From Rhodospirillaceae bacterium (lineage in GTDB: Bacteria > Pseudomonadota > Alphaproteobacteria > Rhodospirillales > CALINB01): a stretch of 64,000 bases of DNA. The notes below the pieces were generated by a model. It worked only from the letters and a program-made list of their open reading frames with translations. It did not search any database and was not told the DNA's origin. Made by a program: the position numbers and the translations under genes. The first letter of the stretch is position 1. The number at the start of each line of letters is the position of its first letter. The DNA is taken from assembly GCA_038114465.1 (NCBI GenBank), contig JAYNQW010000007.1, positions 323 to 64,322 on the forward strand, given 5' to 3'. This document shows positions 28,572 to 38,581 of the stretch, one piece after another.

Positions 28572-29093
28572 TTATTTTTGTTCCACCATGTAACGTTTCT
28601 TGGCGTAGGGCAGAATACCGCCCGCTTCGTAGATCCTTTCGACCACCGGCGGGTATTTTTTCAACGCGACTTCTTTCCCGGTATCGACATTACGCACAAC
28701 ACCATTCGGATAATCGATCTCGATGGTTTGGTGATCTTCGACAATGTCCGTAATGCCCGGCGCGACGAAAGCAGGTTCCGCAAACCCGATCGAGTTGCGC
28801 AGCATCAAAGGAGCCAACGACTCGGCGACAACAGCGGCGGCACCGATCTGATACACTGCCGTGCCCGGGCGGCTTGAGCCGCAACCGTAGTTCTTACCCG
28901 CAACGACGATGTCGCCTTTCTTGACCCCCTTCGGAAACTCGGACCGGAACGTTTCGAGCGTGTGCTTATACATCTCTTCGGGGTCGGGATAGAGGTAGTA
29001 GGGATTGATGCCGTCGGTATCCAAGGAATCCCCGAACAGCCAGAGTCTACCCTTGATGACTTTCTTCAAAACCGAACTGTTTTGTTCTGACAT
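28572..29093 (-). CDS. Aconitase-family hydratase small subunit (LeuD-like swivel domain)
   Basis: GDSLDTDGINP and VVAGKNYGCGSSR motifs typical of LeuD/homoaconitase small subunits. Confidence 0.8.
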   Translation of the reverse strand: MSEQNSSVLKKVIKGRLWLFGDSLDTDGINPYYLYPDPEEMYKHTLETFRSEFPKGVKKGDIVVAGKNYGCGSSRPGTAVYQIGAAAVVAESLAPLMLRNSIGFAEPAFVAPGITDIVEDHQTIEIDYPNGVVRNVDTGKEVALKKYPPVVERIYEAGGILPYAKKRYMVEQK

Positions 29094-29106
29094 GACCGCG
29101 CCCCCC

Positions 29107-30393
29107 TTAATTTTTTAGCTCGGGGAATACGTCAAGCGGATCGGCGAGTTCGCCCGCGACCGCCGCCGCCGTGACGGATAACGGGCCGCCCAGGAAGATT
29201 TCCGCTTCCCGGCTGCCTTTGCGCCCCTTGTAGTTTCGTGTCGTCGAACTGATACAGACCTCGCCATCGGATAAGAAGCCCACCATCGGCTGACAGATGC
29301 TGCAGCCCGGCGTCACCACCTGCGCGCCCGCCTCGACCAAGTCCGTGATCAGCCCCGCTTTTAGGCATTGCGCATAAATATGTTGCGAAGACGGCGAGAG
29401 AATAAAGCGCACGCCATCATGAACTTTTTTCCCTTTCAGCATGCGTGCGGCAATTTCAATATCCTCGAAACGCCCGTTGGCACACGAACCGATCATCGCC
29501 TGATCGATCTTCTTGCCGGCAACTTCGGCAATCGGCGCGACATTCCCGAACTTGTTCGGTTTGGCGACGACAAACGGCATCTCATCGACATTCACGGTGA
29601 TTTCCTGATCATACACCGCATCCGGATCGGCCGCCGTCGGCTCATACGTTTCATCCGTGCGGCCCTTGAGATATGCTTCGGTCTTATCATCAAAGGGAAA
29701 CACCGCGAACTGGCCGCCGACTTCGACGCCGTGATCGGCGATACACATGCGGCTATCCATGGAAAGCTGTTCAACCAGCGGCCCGGAGAATTCAAGGGTC
29801 TTGTTGTCGCCGAAGTCGTCGCCGTATTTGCCGGCCAAATAGAGGATAATATCCTTCGAGATCGGATAATTCGGCTGATGACCTTCAAGATTGATCTTGA
29901 TGGTCGGTGGCACCTCGAACCAGAGATCGCCGAATAGGGCTGCATACGCCGCACCCCCGCCGACCTCCGCGCGCGCCAGCATGTTCAACGCACCGTAGGA
30001 AATGGTGTGCGAGTCCATGCCCACGATCAGCATGCCCGGGCGCGCGAGCCCCCGGTCCATAATCATTTGATGGCCGATGCCGGGTTCGGCATCCTGAAAA
30101 ATTTTGATCCCAAGCCGTTTGACCTCCTCGCGGGTGACCACGTTGCTGTCGGCGAGCGCTTGGCTGAGCGCCGGTTGATGATGGTCCACGAAGACGTAAA
30201 TTTTTTCCGGGTCGAACACCCGGGGCAGCCCTTCTGGGAATCCCATCATCTCGGCTTCTTTTTTAATTCTGGGGCCAAAACCGTATTGAAACCGAACCGC
30301 GTCGACCTTGGCTTCGATGATGTCCCCGGTCTGCACCGGTGTTCCCTCGACATTATGCCGGGAAAAAATCTTTTCGGTAATCGTTTGTCCCAT
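29107..30393 (-). CDS. Aconitase-family hydratase large subunit (LeuC-like)
   Basis: MGQTITEKI N-terminus, the GMDSHT motif, and Fe-S cluster cysteines in GSCANGR and PGCSICQP. Confidence 0.8.
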   Translation of the reverse strand: MGQTITEKIFSRHNVEGTPVQTGDIIEAKVDAVRFQYGFGPRIKKEAEMMGFPEGLPRVFDPEKIYVFVDHHQPALSQALADSNVVTREEVKRLGIKIFQDAEPGIGHQMIMDRGLARPGMLIVGMDSHTISYGALNMLARAEVGGGAAYAALFGDLWFEVPPTIKINLEGHQPNYPISKDIILYLAGKYGDDFGDNKTLEFSGPLVEQLSMDSRMCIADHGVEVGGQFAVFPFDDKTEAYLKGRTDETYEPTAADPDAVYDQEITVNVDEMPFVVAKPNKFGNVAPIAEVAGKKIDQAMIGSCANGRFEDIEIAARMLKGKKVHDGVRFILSPSSQHIYAQCLKAGLITDLVEAGAQVVTPGCSICQPMVGFLSDGEVCISSTTRNYKGRKGSREAEIFLGGPLSVTAAAVAGELADPLDVFPELKN

Positions 30394-30420
30394 AACTGCG
30401 GCTCTCTTTGTGAATACTCG

Positions 30421-31911
30421 TTATTTCGCTAATGCGAATTTCCCCGCTTCCCGTCCGGCGATACGCCCGAACACCGAGCCCGCCATCAAACCGGTGCTGC
30501 CGGGATAATTGTTGTAATAAAGACCGCCGACCAATTCACCAGCGGCGTAGAGTCCGGGAATTTCAAGATCTTCGATATCCTGCACCCGGGTCGTGGTATC
30601 GATTTTAAGCCCACCGAAAGTAAAAGTAATGCCGCAGCCGACGGAATACGCCTCAAACGGCGGTTCCTCAATGGGATTGGCCCAATTGGTTTTATCGATT
30701 GCCAAACCTTCCGTGCAGCGGCCGTCTTTGATGTTTGGATCAAACGTCACGTCGCGTTTCACGGCGGCGTTGTATTCCTTGACCGTTGCCAGAAAATTTT
30801 GGAAATCGACATCTTGCATCTTATCGCAAAGTTCTTCCAAAGTATCGGCTTTGACTTTTGTCGCGCCGCGCAATTTATATTCATCGCGCAACAAGTGTGT
30901 CACTTGTGAATCAAACACCTGCCAAGCGAAACTGCCCGGTTGCTGCAGCACGACACGGCCGTACTTCGCATAGGTATAGTTGCGGAAATCCGCGCCTTCA
31001 TCCAGGAAGCGCTTGCCTTCCGAATTGACCATGATGCTGAATGGATAGCTGTGCCGGTAACCGGCATGCGGCTCGTTCGGATCGCCGAAGGTCGGCGCGT
31101 AACGCTCCCAGGCCACCGAGTGACAGCCCGACCACTGGCCGTAGGATTGTGCGCCAATATCGAGCGCCATCTGGATACCGTCGCCGGTGTTATAGCGGGT
31201 GCCGCGAACTTTGGCCTGATCGAAGCCTGGGCCGAGATACTTGGTGCGCATTTCCCGGTTTGCTTCAAACCCGCCGCTCGCCAATACGACCGCCTTAGCG
31301 TGGATGTCTTCTTTCTTACGGCCGACCGTCACACGAACACCGGCAACACCTTCATCGTCTTCGAGAAGTTCAATAGCGCGGGTTTTATATCGAACATCGA
31401 TGCCCTTTTTCGCAGCACACTCGTATTCAGACTCAATCAATCCCGCGCCGCCGCCGTTAGCATAAATCACGACACCGCCGAAAAACTTAAACTTACCCTT
31501 ATGATTGAAAGCCTGGCGACCGTAATTCGCCAAGAAGCGAACCCCTTGGCTGCGAAGCCATTGAACCGTATCGAAACTGTTATCGACAATGACCTCGGCC
31601 AAATCCGGATCGATGTAATACTGGGTAATGCTGAATAGATCGTCGAAGTATTGGTCGCGGGAATATTCGCCGAAATCCGTTTTCGCGATTTCCTCATCCG
31701 TCAGATCGGGAACAACGGCTTTAATATCATCGGCACCATGATGGACGATGCGAAAGCCGCCGCCGGTATAATGAGAATTACCGCCCCGAGTTTCTTCGGG
31801 TGCGCGCTCCAGCACCAGAACACTCGCGCCTTGTTCTTTCGCCGATAACGCCGCACAAAGCGCCGCATTTCCGCCACCGACAACGATGACATCGTAAGTT
31901 TGATCCGCCAT
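30421..31911 (-). CDS. FAD-dependent oxidoreductase, fumarate reductase / tricarballylate dehydrogenase (TcuA)-like flavoprotein
   Basis: N-terminal YDVIVVGGGNAALCAALSAKEQGASVLVLE...RGGNS closely resembles the TcuA N-terminus. The C-terminal GLYAAGE motif is typical of the FRD/SDH flavoprotein fold. Confidence 0.75.
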   Translation of the reverse strand: MADQTYDVIVVGGGNAALCAALSAKEQGASVLVLERAPEETRGGNSHYTGGGFRIVHHGADDIKAVVPDLTDEEIAKTDFGEYSRDQYFDDLFSITQYYIDPDLAEVIVDNSFDTVQWLRSQGVRFLANYGRQAFNHKGKFKFFGGVVIYANGGGAGLIESEYECAAKKGIDVRYKTRAIELLEDDEGVAGVRVTVGRKKEDIHAKAVVLASGGFEANREMRTKYLGPGFDQAKVRGTRYNTGDGIQMALDIGAQSYGQWSGCHSVAWERYAPTFGDPNEPHAGYRHSYPFSIMVNSEGKRFLDEGADFRNYTYAKYGRVVLQQPGSFAWQVFDSQVTHLLRDEYKLRGATKVKADTLEELCDKMQDVDFQNFLATVKEYNAAVKRDVTFDPNIKDGRCTEGLAIDKTNWANPIEEPPFEAYSVGCGITFTFGGLKIDTTTRVQDIEDLEIPGLYAAGELVGGLYYNNYPGSTGLMAGSVFGRIAGREAGKFALAK

Positions 31912-32019
31912 GACTCTCCCTCTTGAATCCGGCCCACCGGGACGCGGGCCTTCACTAATTTTGAACTTGGCTCTTGATGGTGCCCAAGGATTAAGGTGTA
32001 TTTTAACGCATCTTCCCGG

Positions 32020-33114
32020 TTAGTCGAGACGATAACGCGCGACGGCCTCCTCGTCCCATTCGAGGCCGAGGCCGGGCGTGTCGGGGATGATCGCCTGGCC
32101 GTCTTTGATCGTTATCGGTGTTTGCAGCACCGGTTCGGCCCAATCGACGTATTCCAGGTAATGGCACGTCGGGGTTGCCGCCAGCACGTGCACGCTCACC
32201 TCCGGGTATAAATGAGACGACATCGCCATGTCTGCGGCATCGGCAATGCGCGCCGCCTCGAGCCAGCCGGAGACGCCGCCGATACGCCCGATATCAGGCA
32301 TCGCATAATCGCACGCCTCGATATGGATCGCTGCGGCCATGACGGCAGGGCTGTTGAAGTTTTCACCGAGTTGGATCGGGATCCTCGAGGCCGCTTTGAT
32401 GCGTGCACAACCAAGGAAATCGTCATGGCGCACCGGCTCTTCGATCCAGGCGGGATCAAATTTCTCCAGCAGCGCCAACCGCCCGATCATGTCCTCGGGT
32501 GTTAAGGCCTGGTTGTAATCGACCATAACGACGGTCCCGGCAGGCACGGCTTCGCGTACGACCTTGGCGGCTTCCCGGTCGGCCATCACGTCACGCCGCC
32601 CCAGGCGCAGCTTGACGGCCTTGAAACCTTCGCCGAGCAATGCCAACGCTTCATCGGCCAGTTCTGCCGGTTCCTTCAGGCTGAGGCCTTTTGAGTTGTA
32701 AGCGGGGATCGTGTTCCGGTTTGAACCGAGCAGTTTATAAAGCGGCAACCCGGCGGCCTTCGCGCACGCATCCCAACAGGCGATATCGAACGCCGACAAC
32801 GCCATGCCAAGCGAGCCCTCGGTGCCGACAAGCGTAAACCGGCCGCGCAGGGATTTGTATAAGAATCGCGGATCCGCCGCTTCGCCACGGACCATCTCGT
32901 CGATCCGCTCGATAACGGAGACGAGAAAGGGCGCCGCCAAATCCATGTAGCAAAACGCGTAACCGTGCCCGGTGACCCCCTCTTCGGTTTCGACATCAAC
33001 CAAAAGCAGCGGGGCAACATCGACGCTGCCCCGGCTCGTAATCAACGGCGTTATAATTGGCGCGTTGACGGCACGGGCGCGAACCGAACGAATTTGGAGC
33101 GACGGCAATTCCAT
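32020..33114 (-). CDS. Enolase-superfamily enzyme (mandelate racemase / muconate lactonizing enzyme family)
   Basis: The domain layout and the metal-ligand contexts (VMVDYNQ, IEEP, GEN) are typical of MR/MLE family members. 364 aa. Confidence 0.8.
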   Translation of the reverse strand: MELPSLQIRSVRARAVNAPIITPLITSRGSVDVAPLLLVDVETEEGVTGHGYAFCYMDLAAPFLVSVIERIDEMVRGEAADPRFLYKSLRGRFTLVGTEGSLGMALSAFDIACWDACAKAAGLPLYKLLGSNRNTIPAYNSKGLSLKEPAELADEALALLGEGFKAVKLRLGRRDVMADREAAKVVREAVPAGTVVMVDYNQALTPEDMIGRLALLEKFDPAWIEEPVRHDDFLGCARIKAASRIPIQLGENFNSPAVMAAAIHIEACDYAMPDIGRIGGVSGWLEAARIADAADMAMSSHLYPEVSVHVLAATPTCHYLEYVDWAEPVLQTPITIKDGQAIIPDTPGLGLEWDEEAVARYRLD

Positions 33115-33131
33115 GAGTTGCCGTTCCTACA

Positions 33132-33839
33132 TTAGTGCTGGTGCCGGGCAAGACCGCCGTCGACCGGCAGAACGATACCAGAGATGTAGTTTGCGAACGG
33201 CGTGCAGAGATACACGACCGCGTGAGCAACGTCTTCAGGCTCGCCAGGCTCACCAAATGCGATCACCGGCTCTTCCGTCTGTACGGTATCGATGCGCGGG
33301 TGCGTCTTGGCGGCTTCGGTACCGTTGATCACGCCCGGCTGGACGCAATTGACGGTGATGCCGTGCTTGCCGATGCCCCGGCTTAAGCCTTTCGACCAGC
33401 CTTGCAGCGCACCGGATGCAGCGTATTCGATGCCGAAGTCCAACGGCTCCGAAGATCCGACCAAATTCACCACCCGGCCCCATTCGTTCTTAATCATACC
33501 TTTGACGACTTCATGGGTGAGCTCGCGCGGGAAGACGAATTCGGTACGCATTTCGGATTGCCAGTCCTTCGGATTGATATCGACAGGCGTCGAAATTGCA
33601 TCGCGCAATCCGCTGGTCGCGTTCACGAGAATATCGACCGCGCCCGCTTGCTTGGCGACGTCGGCGGCAGCACCCTCTTTCGCGTAATCGACGGCAATGT
33701 CACCGGCTTTCGCATCGTTCGCGACTTTGGTGACCTTCACGCCTTCGGCGGCCAGCGCATTTGCAATCGCCGCACCCAAAACATTTTCACACCCTGTCAC
33801 CAGGGCCGTGCGTCCGGAAAGTTGCCAATCTTTTGCCAT
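33132..33839 (-). CDS. SDR family oxidoreductase
   Basis: TGCENVLG glycine-rich region, the YAASGAL catalytic context and the C-terminal PVDGG. Confidence 0.75.
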   Translation of the reverse strand: MAKDWQLSGRTALVTGCENVLGAAIANALAAEGVKVTKVANDAKAGDIAVDYAKEGAAADVAKQAGAVDILVNATSGLRDAISTPVDINPKDWQSEMRTEFVFPRELTHEVVKGMIKNEWGRVVNLVGSSEPLDFGIEYAASGALQGWSKGLSRGIGKHGITVNCVQPGVINGTEAAKTHPRIDTVQTEEPVIAFGEPGEPEDVAHAVVYLCTPFANYISGIVLPVDGGLARHQH

Positions 33840-33853
33840 GATCGTTTCCTTTC

Positions 33854-34630
33854 CTAATATGCGTAACGGCGAAAGCCGCTATCGACGGGAATAACCGTGC
33901 CGGTGATGTAGCGTGCCAACGGCGATGACAGAAACACAATTAAATGGCCGATGTCTTCGGCGACACCGAAGTCGCCCGAGTTGATCCACTTGCTGGTGTT
34001 CTTGCGGGCTTCCGGCGAATAGTTGCGCAGGATCTGCTCGCTGACGATTTTACCCGGCGGAATGGAATTGATCGTCACGTTGTGCTTCGCGACCTGGCGC
34101 GACAACCCTTTCGCCCAAGCATGGCAGGCCGCTTTTGTCGGGTTGGCCGTGCGCATATCACGCGGTTCAGTTTTACCGGTAATGTTGATGACCCGGCCGA
34201 AATTCTGATCGATCATTTGCGGCATTAACGCCAATGTCAGCGAACGGATCGAGCCATAATTCAACTGCATCTCGCCGTCCCAAATTTCTTCGGGCGCATC
34301 GAACGGCATGTTGCCGGGATAATCAGGGTTCTTACTGCGTCCCGCCGAGTTGACGAGAACATCGACATGTCCAAGTTTCTTGATCGCTTCTTCGGCGATT
34401 GGGGCCGTCCCGCCCCGCTTGGTAAGGTCGGGCGTCACGATAGTCTCGGGCCGCGGGCCGCCATCTTTTTCAATTTCATCGGCAAGTTCCTCGAGCAGTT
34501 CGCCGCGCCGGGCGGCAACCGCGCACTTCACGCCTTCGGCCGCCAAGCACTTTGCCGTGCCGCGGCCGATTCCTTGGCTGGCCCCCGTGATCAAGGCCGT
34601 CCGGCCTTCCAATTGCAATTCCATCGCCAT
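33854..34630 (-). CDS. SDR family oxidoreductase
   Basis: TGASQGIGRG and NSAG motifs, with C-terminal IPVDSG. The start was set at ATG 34630, which has the RBS ggagga 9 nt upstream; the longer ORF start at 34672 would overlap the upstream gene. Confidence 0.8.
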   Translation of the reverse strand: MAMELQLEGRTALITGASQGIGRGTAKCLAAEGVKCAVAARRGELLEELADEIEKDGGPRPETIVTPDLTKRGGTAPIAEEAIKKLGHVDVLVNSAGRSKNPDYPGNMPFDAPEEIWDGEMQLNYGSIRSLTLALMPQMIDQNFGRVINITGKTEPRDMRTANPTKAACHAWAKGLSRQVAKHNVTINSIPPGKIVSEQILRNYSPEARKNTSKWINSGDFGVAEDIGHLIVFLSSPLARYITGTVIPVDSGFRRYAY

Positions 34631-34652
34631 GGATAAAAATCCTCCCTCTTTT

Positions 34653-35576
34653 TTAATCCCGGTGTTTGGCATACGGCCGAAGGGCCGCGTCGATGGTTCT
34701 ATTCACCGGTGTGTCGATCCCGAGTTCCGCGCCGAAACGGGCAACCGCGCCCGACAGCCACGCGACTTCAAGCGGGTTGTTGCGCTCAAGATCGTGATGC
34801 ATGGATGAGGTCATGTCAAACGGCAAGCCATCGATAAATTGAAGTTTTTCATCGGCGTAATCTTCAGGAAAATCGACCCCCTTGGCCCGCGCCACTTGGA
34901 CGGTTTCGTTCATCACATCATAGAGGAACCGGCGCATCCGGGGGTCTTCGCGAATGGGGCCAATGGTTGTGCGCACCAGTGTCGTGGTCCCGCTCAGGCC
35001 CACCAGAAAGACGAACTTATCCCAAATAGTGCGCTGGATGTCCTCGCTGGATTCGGCGACAACCCCGCCGGCTTCGAGGGCCACCCGCAATCTCTCCACA
35101 CGATCGGACAGACCACCGTCCAACTCACCGATAACGACCCGCTGCATGGTGCCAAGGTGGTAAATCACGCCGGGCTCAGAAATGGATGAGGCGATTTGTG
35201 CGATACCACCGATGAGGTGCTTCTTGCCGAGGATATCCGCAAGGATGTCATCGGACTCGACACCGTTTTGCAAAGAAACAACCGTTGTCTCAAGCCCGAT
35301 CATCGGTTTAACGGCTTCGGCAATTTCTTCCGTACCCCAAAGTTTAATCGCGATGATTACATAATCGACCGGACCAATGTCGGCGGGCGTGTCGGTCGCC
35401 TGAACCGGCTTGATCAAAGCATTGCCTAATTCGGCACTATCGACCTTCAGGCCGTTTGCTTGCATGGCGGCAAGGTGCTCGCCGCGGGCGATGAAGGTAA
35501 CGTCCGCACCCCCTTGTGCCAGGCGCGCGCCGAAATAGCCGCCGACCCCGCCACTGCCCATTATCGCGATTTTCAT
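34653..35576 (-). CDS. 2-dehydropantoate 2-reductase family (PanE/ApbA-like) oxidoreductase
   Basis: MKIAIMGSGGVGGYFGARL Rossmann N-terminus and a ketopantoate-reductase-like C-domain (SSMHHDLERNNPLEV). Confidence 0.8.
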   Translation of the reverse strand: MKIAIMGSGGVGGYFGARLAQGGADVTFIARGEHLAAMQANGLKVDSAELGNALIKPVQATDTPADIGPVDYVIIAIKLWGTEEIAEAVKPMIGLETTVVSLQNGVESDDILADILGKKHLIGGIAQIASSISEPGVIYHLGTMQRVVIGELDGGLSDRVERLRVALEAGGVVAESSEDIQRTIWDKFVFLVGLSGTTTLVRTTIGPIREDPRMRRFLYDVMNETVQVARAKGVDFPEDYADEKLQFIDGLPFDMTSSMHHDLERNNPLEVAWLSGAVARFGAELGIDTPVNRTIDAALRPYAKHRD

Positions 35577-35579
35577 GAT

Positions 35580-36035
35580 TTACGCCGCTTCGACCGTCAG
35601 AATAACGCCGACTGTGCCTGTGACTTTTACGGCGGTGCCGGCATCCATGTCCTGTCCGTTGACCTTCCAGGTCGTGTCATCGATCCGCAGTTTTCCCGTG
35701 CCGTTAACGATCGGCTCATCGAGCGTAAAGACGCGTCCGACATACTGCTGCCCTCGGCGATTCAAAAGCGGATGATCCGTTGACGTTGGATTGCGCCGAA
35801 TGAATGCCCTCCCTGCAAAGACGCTGACAACGGAAAGAATGGTGAAGATGAGAAACTCAAGCTCCCATGTCAGTGCTGTTGCCAGCAGAGCGATAATGCC
35901 GGTGATAAATGCCGCGACACCCAACCAAACGAAAATGATACCGGGCGCTAGAATTTCGAGCACGACGAGGGCACAGCCAAGAATAAACCAATGCCAAAAC
36001 GTGAGCTGTTCTAAGAATGTTGCGACTTCCGACAT
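35580..36035 (-). CDS. NfeD family membrane protein
   Basis: Three N-terminal TM helices plus a C-terminal OB-fold-like soluble domain. Follows an SPFH gene, as in qmcA-ybbJ pairs. Confidence 0.8.
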   Translation of the reverse strand: MSEVATFLEQLTFWHWFILGCALVVLEILAPGIIFVWLGVAAFITGIIALLATALTWELEFLIFTILSVVSVFAGRAFIRRNPTSTDHPLLNRRGQQYVGRVFTLDEPIVNGTGKLRIDDTTWKVNGQDMDAGTAVKVTGTVGVILTVEAA

Positions 36036-36079
36036 AGCAGTAACCTTATCACATGAAACTTCTATTTTTCAGCCGATAA

Positions 36080-37051
36080 TTATGTCGTTGAATCGGGAAT
36101 GCGCGACCGCGATGAGCTGGCGCCGTCGTCTTTAGATCCAAACGTCTCTTTAGCAATTTCGGCAATACCGGCGATAGAACCGATCACGCCAGAAGCTTCA
36201 AGCGGCATGAGAATAACTTTTTGGTTGCGGGCCGAGGCGATTTTTTCCAAAGCGCCGACATATTTTTGCGCAACAAAGTAATTGATCGCATTAACATCAC
36301 CTTTGGCGATAGCCGTTGAAACCATATCGGTTGCTTTCGCTTCGGCCTCGGCTTCCCGTTCCCGGGCTTCCGCATCCCGGAAAGCGGCCTCCCGGCGGCC
36401 TTCGGCTTCAAGAATGGCAGCCTGTTTTTCACCTTCGGCTTTCAAGATTTCCGCCTGCCGGAAACCTTCGGCATCAAGAATATTGGCGCGCTTATCCCGT
36501 TCCGCTTTCATTTGCCGTGCCATGGATTCGACCAAATCGGTCGGCGGTGAAATATCGCGAATTTCAATCCGCGTGACTTTAACACCCCACGGTGCCGTCG
36601 CTTCATCAACGACCGTCAGCAATTGCGCATTAATTGCATCACGTTTCGATAAAAGTTCATCAAGATCCATCGAGCCCATAACCGTTCTGATATTGGTCAT
36701 GGTCAGATTGAGAATAGCGCGAACCAAGTCACGGACTTCGTAAGCCGCCTGGGCGGAGTCGATGACCTGAAAGAACACGACGCCATCGACGGTCACCATG
36801 GCGTTATCTTTGGTAATGACCTCTTGCGACGGCACATCGAGAACCTGTTCCATCATATTCATCTTGGCGCCAATTCGGTCAACAATGGGAATGATAAAAT
36901 GCAGCCCTGGCGTCAAAGACCGTGTAAACCGGCCAAACCGCTCGACGGTATATTCCATACCTTGGGTAACGGATTTAACGCCCATAAAGACCAGCAGGAC
37001 GCCGAGCACGAGAACACTAACGGAAAAAATCGAAAATTCAGTAAACCCCAT
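36080..37051 (-). CDS. SPFH domain / band 7 (stomatin/QmcA-like) protein
   Basis: N-terminal TM anchor, SPFH core ([37 protein letters not shown]) and an Ala/Glu-rich coiled coil. Confidence 0.9.
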   Translation of the reverse strand: MGFTEFSIFSVSVLVLGVLLVFMGVKSVTQGMEYTVERFGRFTRSLTPGLHFIIPIVDRIGAKMNMMEQVLDVPSQEVITKDNAMVTVDGVVFFQVIDSAQAAYEVRDLVRAILNLTMTNIRTVMGSMDLDELLSKRDAINAQLLTVVDEATAPWGVKVTRIEIRDISPPTDLVESMARQMKAERDKRANILDAEGFRQAEILKAEGEKQAAILEAEGRREAAFRDAEAREREAEAEAKATDMVSTAIAKGDVNAINYFVAQKYVGALEKIASARNQKVILMPLEASGVIGSIAGIAEIAKETFGSKDDGASSSRSRIPDSTT

Positions 37052-37182
37052 AAAGCTCTCCCTTCAGCAGCATCCAATCACACGCTGCCGTTCAATCAAT
37101 CATATGATTGAGTGTACCCCTTTTAGATAGGCCGTTTTTAACAAAATGCAAGTTTTATGGTAAATTTTGATGATAGTTACGT

Positions 37183-38079
37183 TTAAGAAACTTTGTTTTT
37201 CAAAACGCCTAACTTATCGATCGATAATGTAACCGTATCGCCTTTCCGTAAAAACTTTGGCGGGTTAAAGCCGCCGCCGATCCCTGTGCAGGTTCCTGTG
37301 GCGATCACATCGCCTGGTAACAGCATCATGCCCGCCGACAGCGTTTTAATCAGTGTCGGCACGTCGAAAATCATGCCTTTAACATAAGCATTCTGGCGCA
37401 ATTCGCCGTTCACATGCGTTTGAATTTGAAGTTTTTTGATATCGCCGACTTCATCTTTGGTCGCAATGTAAGGCCCCATGGGGCAGTACCCATCCAAGCT
37501 TTTACCGAGAAACCATTGGTTATGAATGCGCTGAATTTCACGCGCCGTTACATCGTTAATAATGGTGTAGCCGAACACATGATCAAAAGCTTTGCCTTTC
37601 GGAATCTTCCGGCCCTTTTTCCCAATGATGACGCCAAGCTCGACTTCGTAATCCGTCGATTTCGAATAATCGAGATGCGCCGGGATTTTTGCCCCCGGTC
37701 CAATGACCGACTCCGGCATTTTGGTAAAGATAATCGGATACTTCGGAATCGCCGCACCCGACTTGGCGGCATTGAATCCGCTGTCATCAAACTCGTGCGC
37801 ATGATCGTAATAATTTTTACCGACACACATGACGTTGCGGATCGGTTTCGGAATGGGGGCAAGCAGTTTTACTTTTTTGCGCGGGAATTTGGCACGCGGG
37901 CCGGCATTCTTAACCGCCCGCGCCGCTTGTTTAAGAACGCCCGCACCGGCGGCAATAAGCGCGTTCATATCATTCGGCAGCGTGCGGTCTGCTTTGACCA
38001 AATCGACGACCGTTTGATCGTCTTCGGTTAAAACCCCGATGCGTTGCTGCTTATTCTGCAAAAAAGTAATGAGACGCAT
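37183..38079 (-). CDS. Fumarylacetoacetate hydrolase (FAH) family protein
   Basis: CVGKNY, DYEVELGVIIGK, GYTIINDVTAR and TGTCTGIG motifs of the FAH fold. Confidence 0.85.
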   Translation of the reverse strand: MRLITFLQNKQQRIGVLTEDDQTVVDLVKADRTLPNDMNALIAAGAGVLKQAARAVKNAGPRAKFPRKKVKLLAPIPKPIRNVMCVGKNYYDHAHEFDDSGFNAAKSGAAIPKYPIIFTKMPESVIGPGAKIPAHLDYSKSTDYEVELGVIIGKKGRKIPKGKAFDHVFGYTIINDVTAREIQRIHNQWFLGKSLDGYCPMGPYIATKDEVGDIKKLQIQTHVNGELRQNAYVKGMIFDVPTLIKTLSAGMMLLPGDVIATGTCTGIGGGFNPPKFLRKGDTVTLSIDKLGVLKNKVS

Positions 38080-38248
38080 ATTCCCCCCGGTTTAGTTATC
38101 GTTATCATTGTCAGTTGTAGTCAATAATGATTGAGCGTCAATCAAGCGGCCAAATTTATTTAAATTCAACCACGCGAAGGCATTGTGCTTACAGCTCTTA
38201 CCAATGATATGATTGGTTTGAATCTCGATGAAACCAAGGAGATGAAAC

Positions 38249-38581
38249 ATGTTCGCTGTCATTTTCGAAGTCGACCCAAAACCCGACGGCCAACAAGAAT
38301 ATCTTGATCTTGCGGCATCCCTTCGGCCCGAATTGGAAAAAATCGACGGCTTTATCTCTATCGAACGATTCGCCAGCCTCTATCATGAAGGGAAAATTCT
38401 CTCCTTATCCTTCTGGCGCGATGAAAAGGCCGTCCGCCGGTGGCGCGATCACGCCCAGCATCGCGAGGCGCAGGAACGGGGCCGGAACGCGCTTTTCAGC
38501 GATTATCGGATCCGGGTTGCCGAAGTCATCCGCGACTATGGCCCGAAAGACCGGGCTCAAGCGCCGGAAAGCGTTGACTGA
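38249..38581 (+). CDS. Antibiotic biosynthesis monooxygenase (ABM) domain protein
   Basis: 110 aa with a ferredoxin-like ABM pattern (FISIERF ... SFWRDEKAVRRWRDHAQH). Confidence 0.75.
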   Translation: MFAVIFEVDPKPDGQQEYLDLAASLRPELEKIDGFISIERFASLYHEGKILSLSFWRDEKAVRRWRDHAQHREAQERGRNALFSDYRIRVAEVIRDYGPKDRAQAPESVD

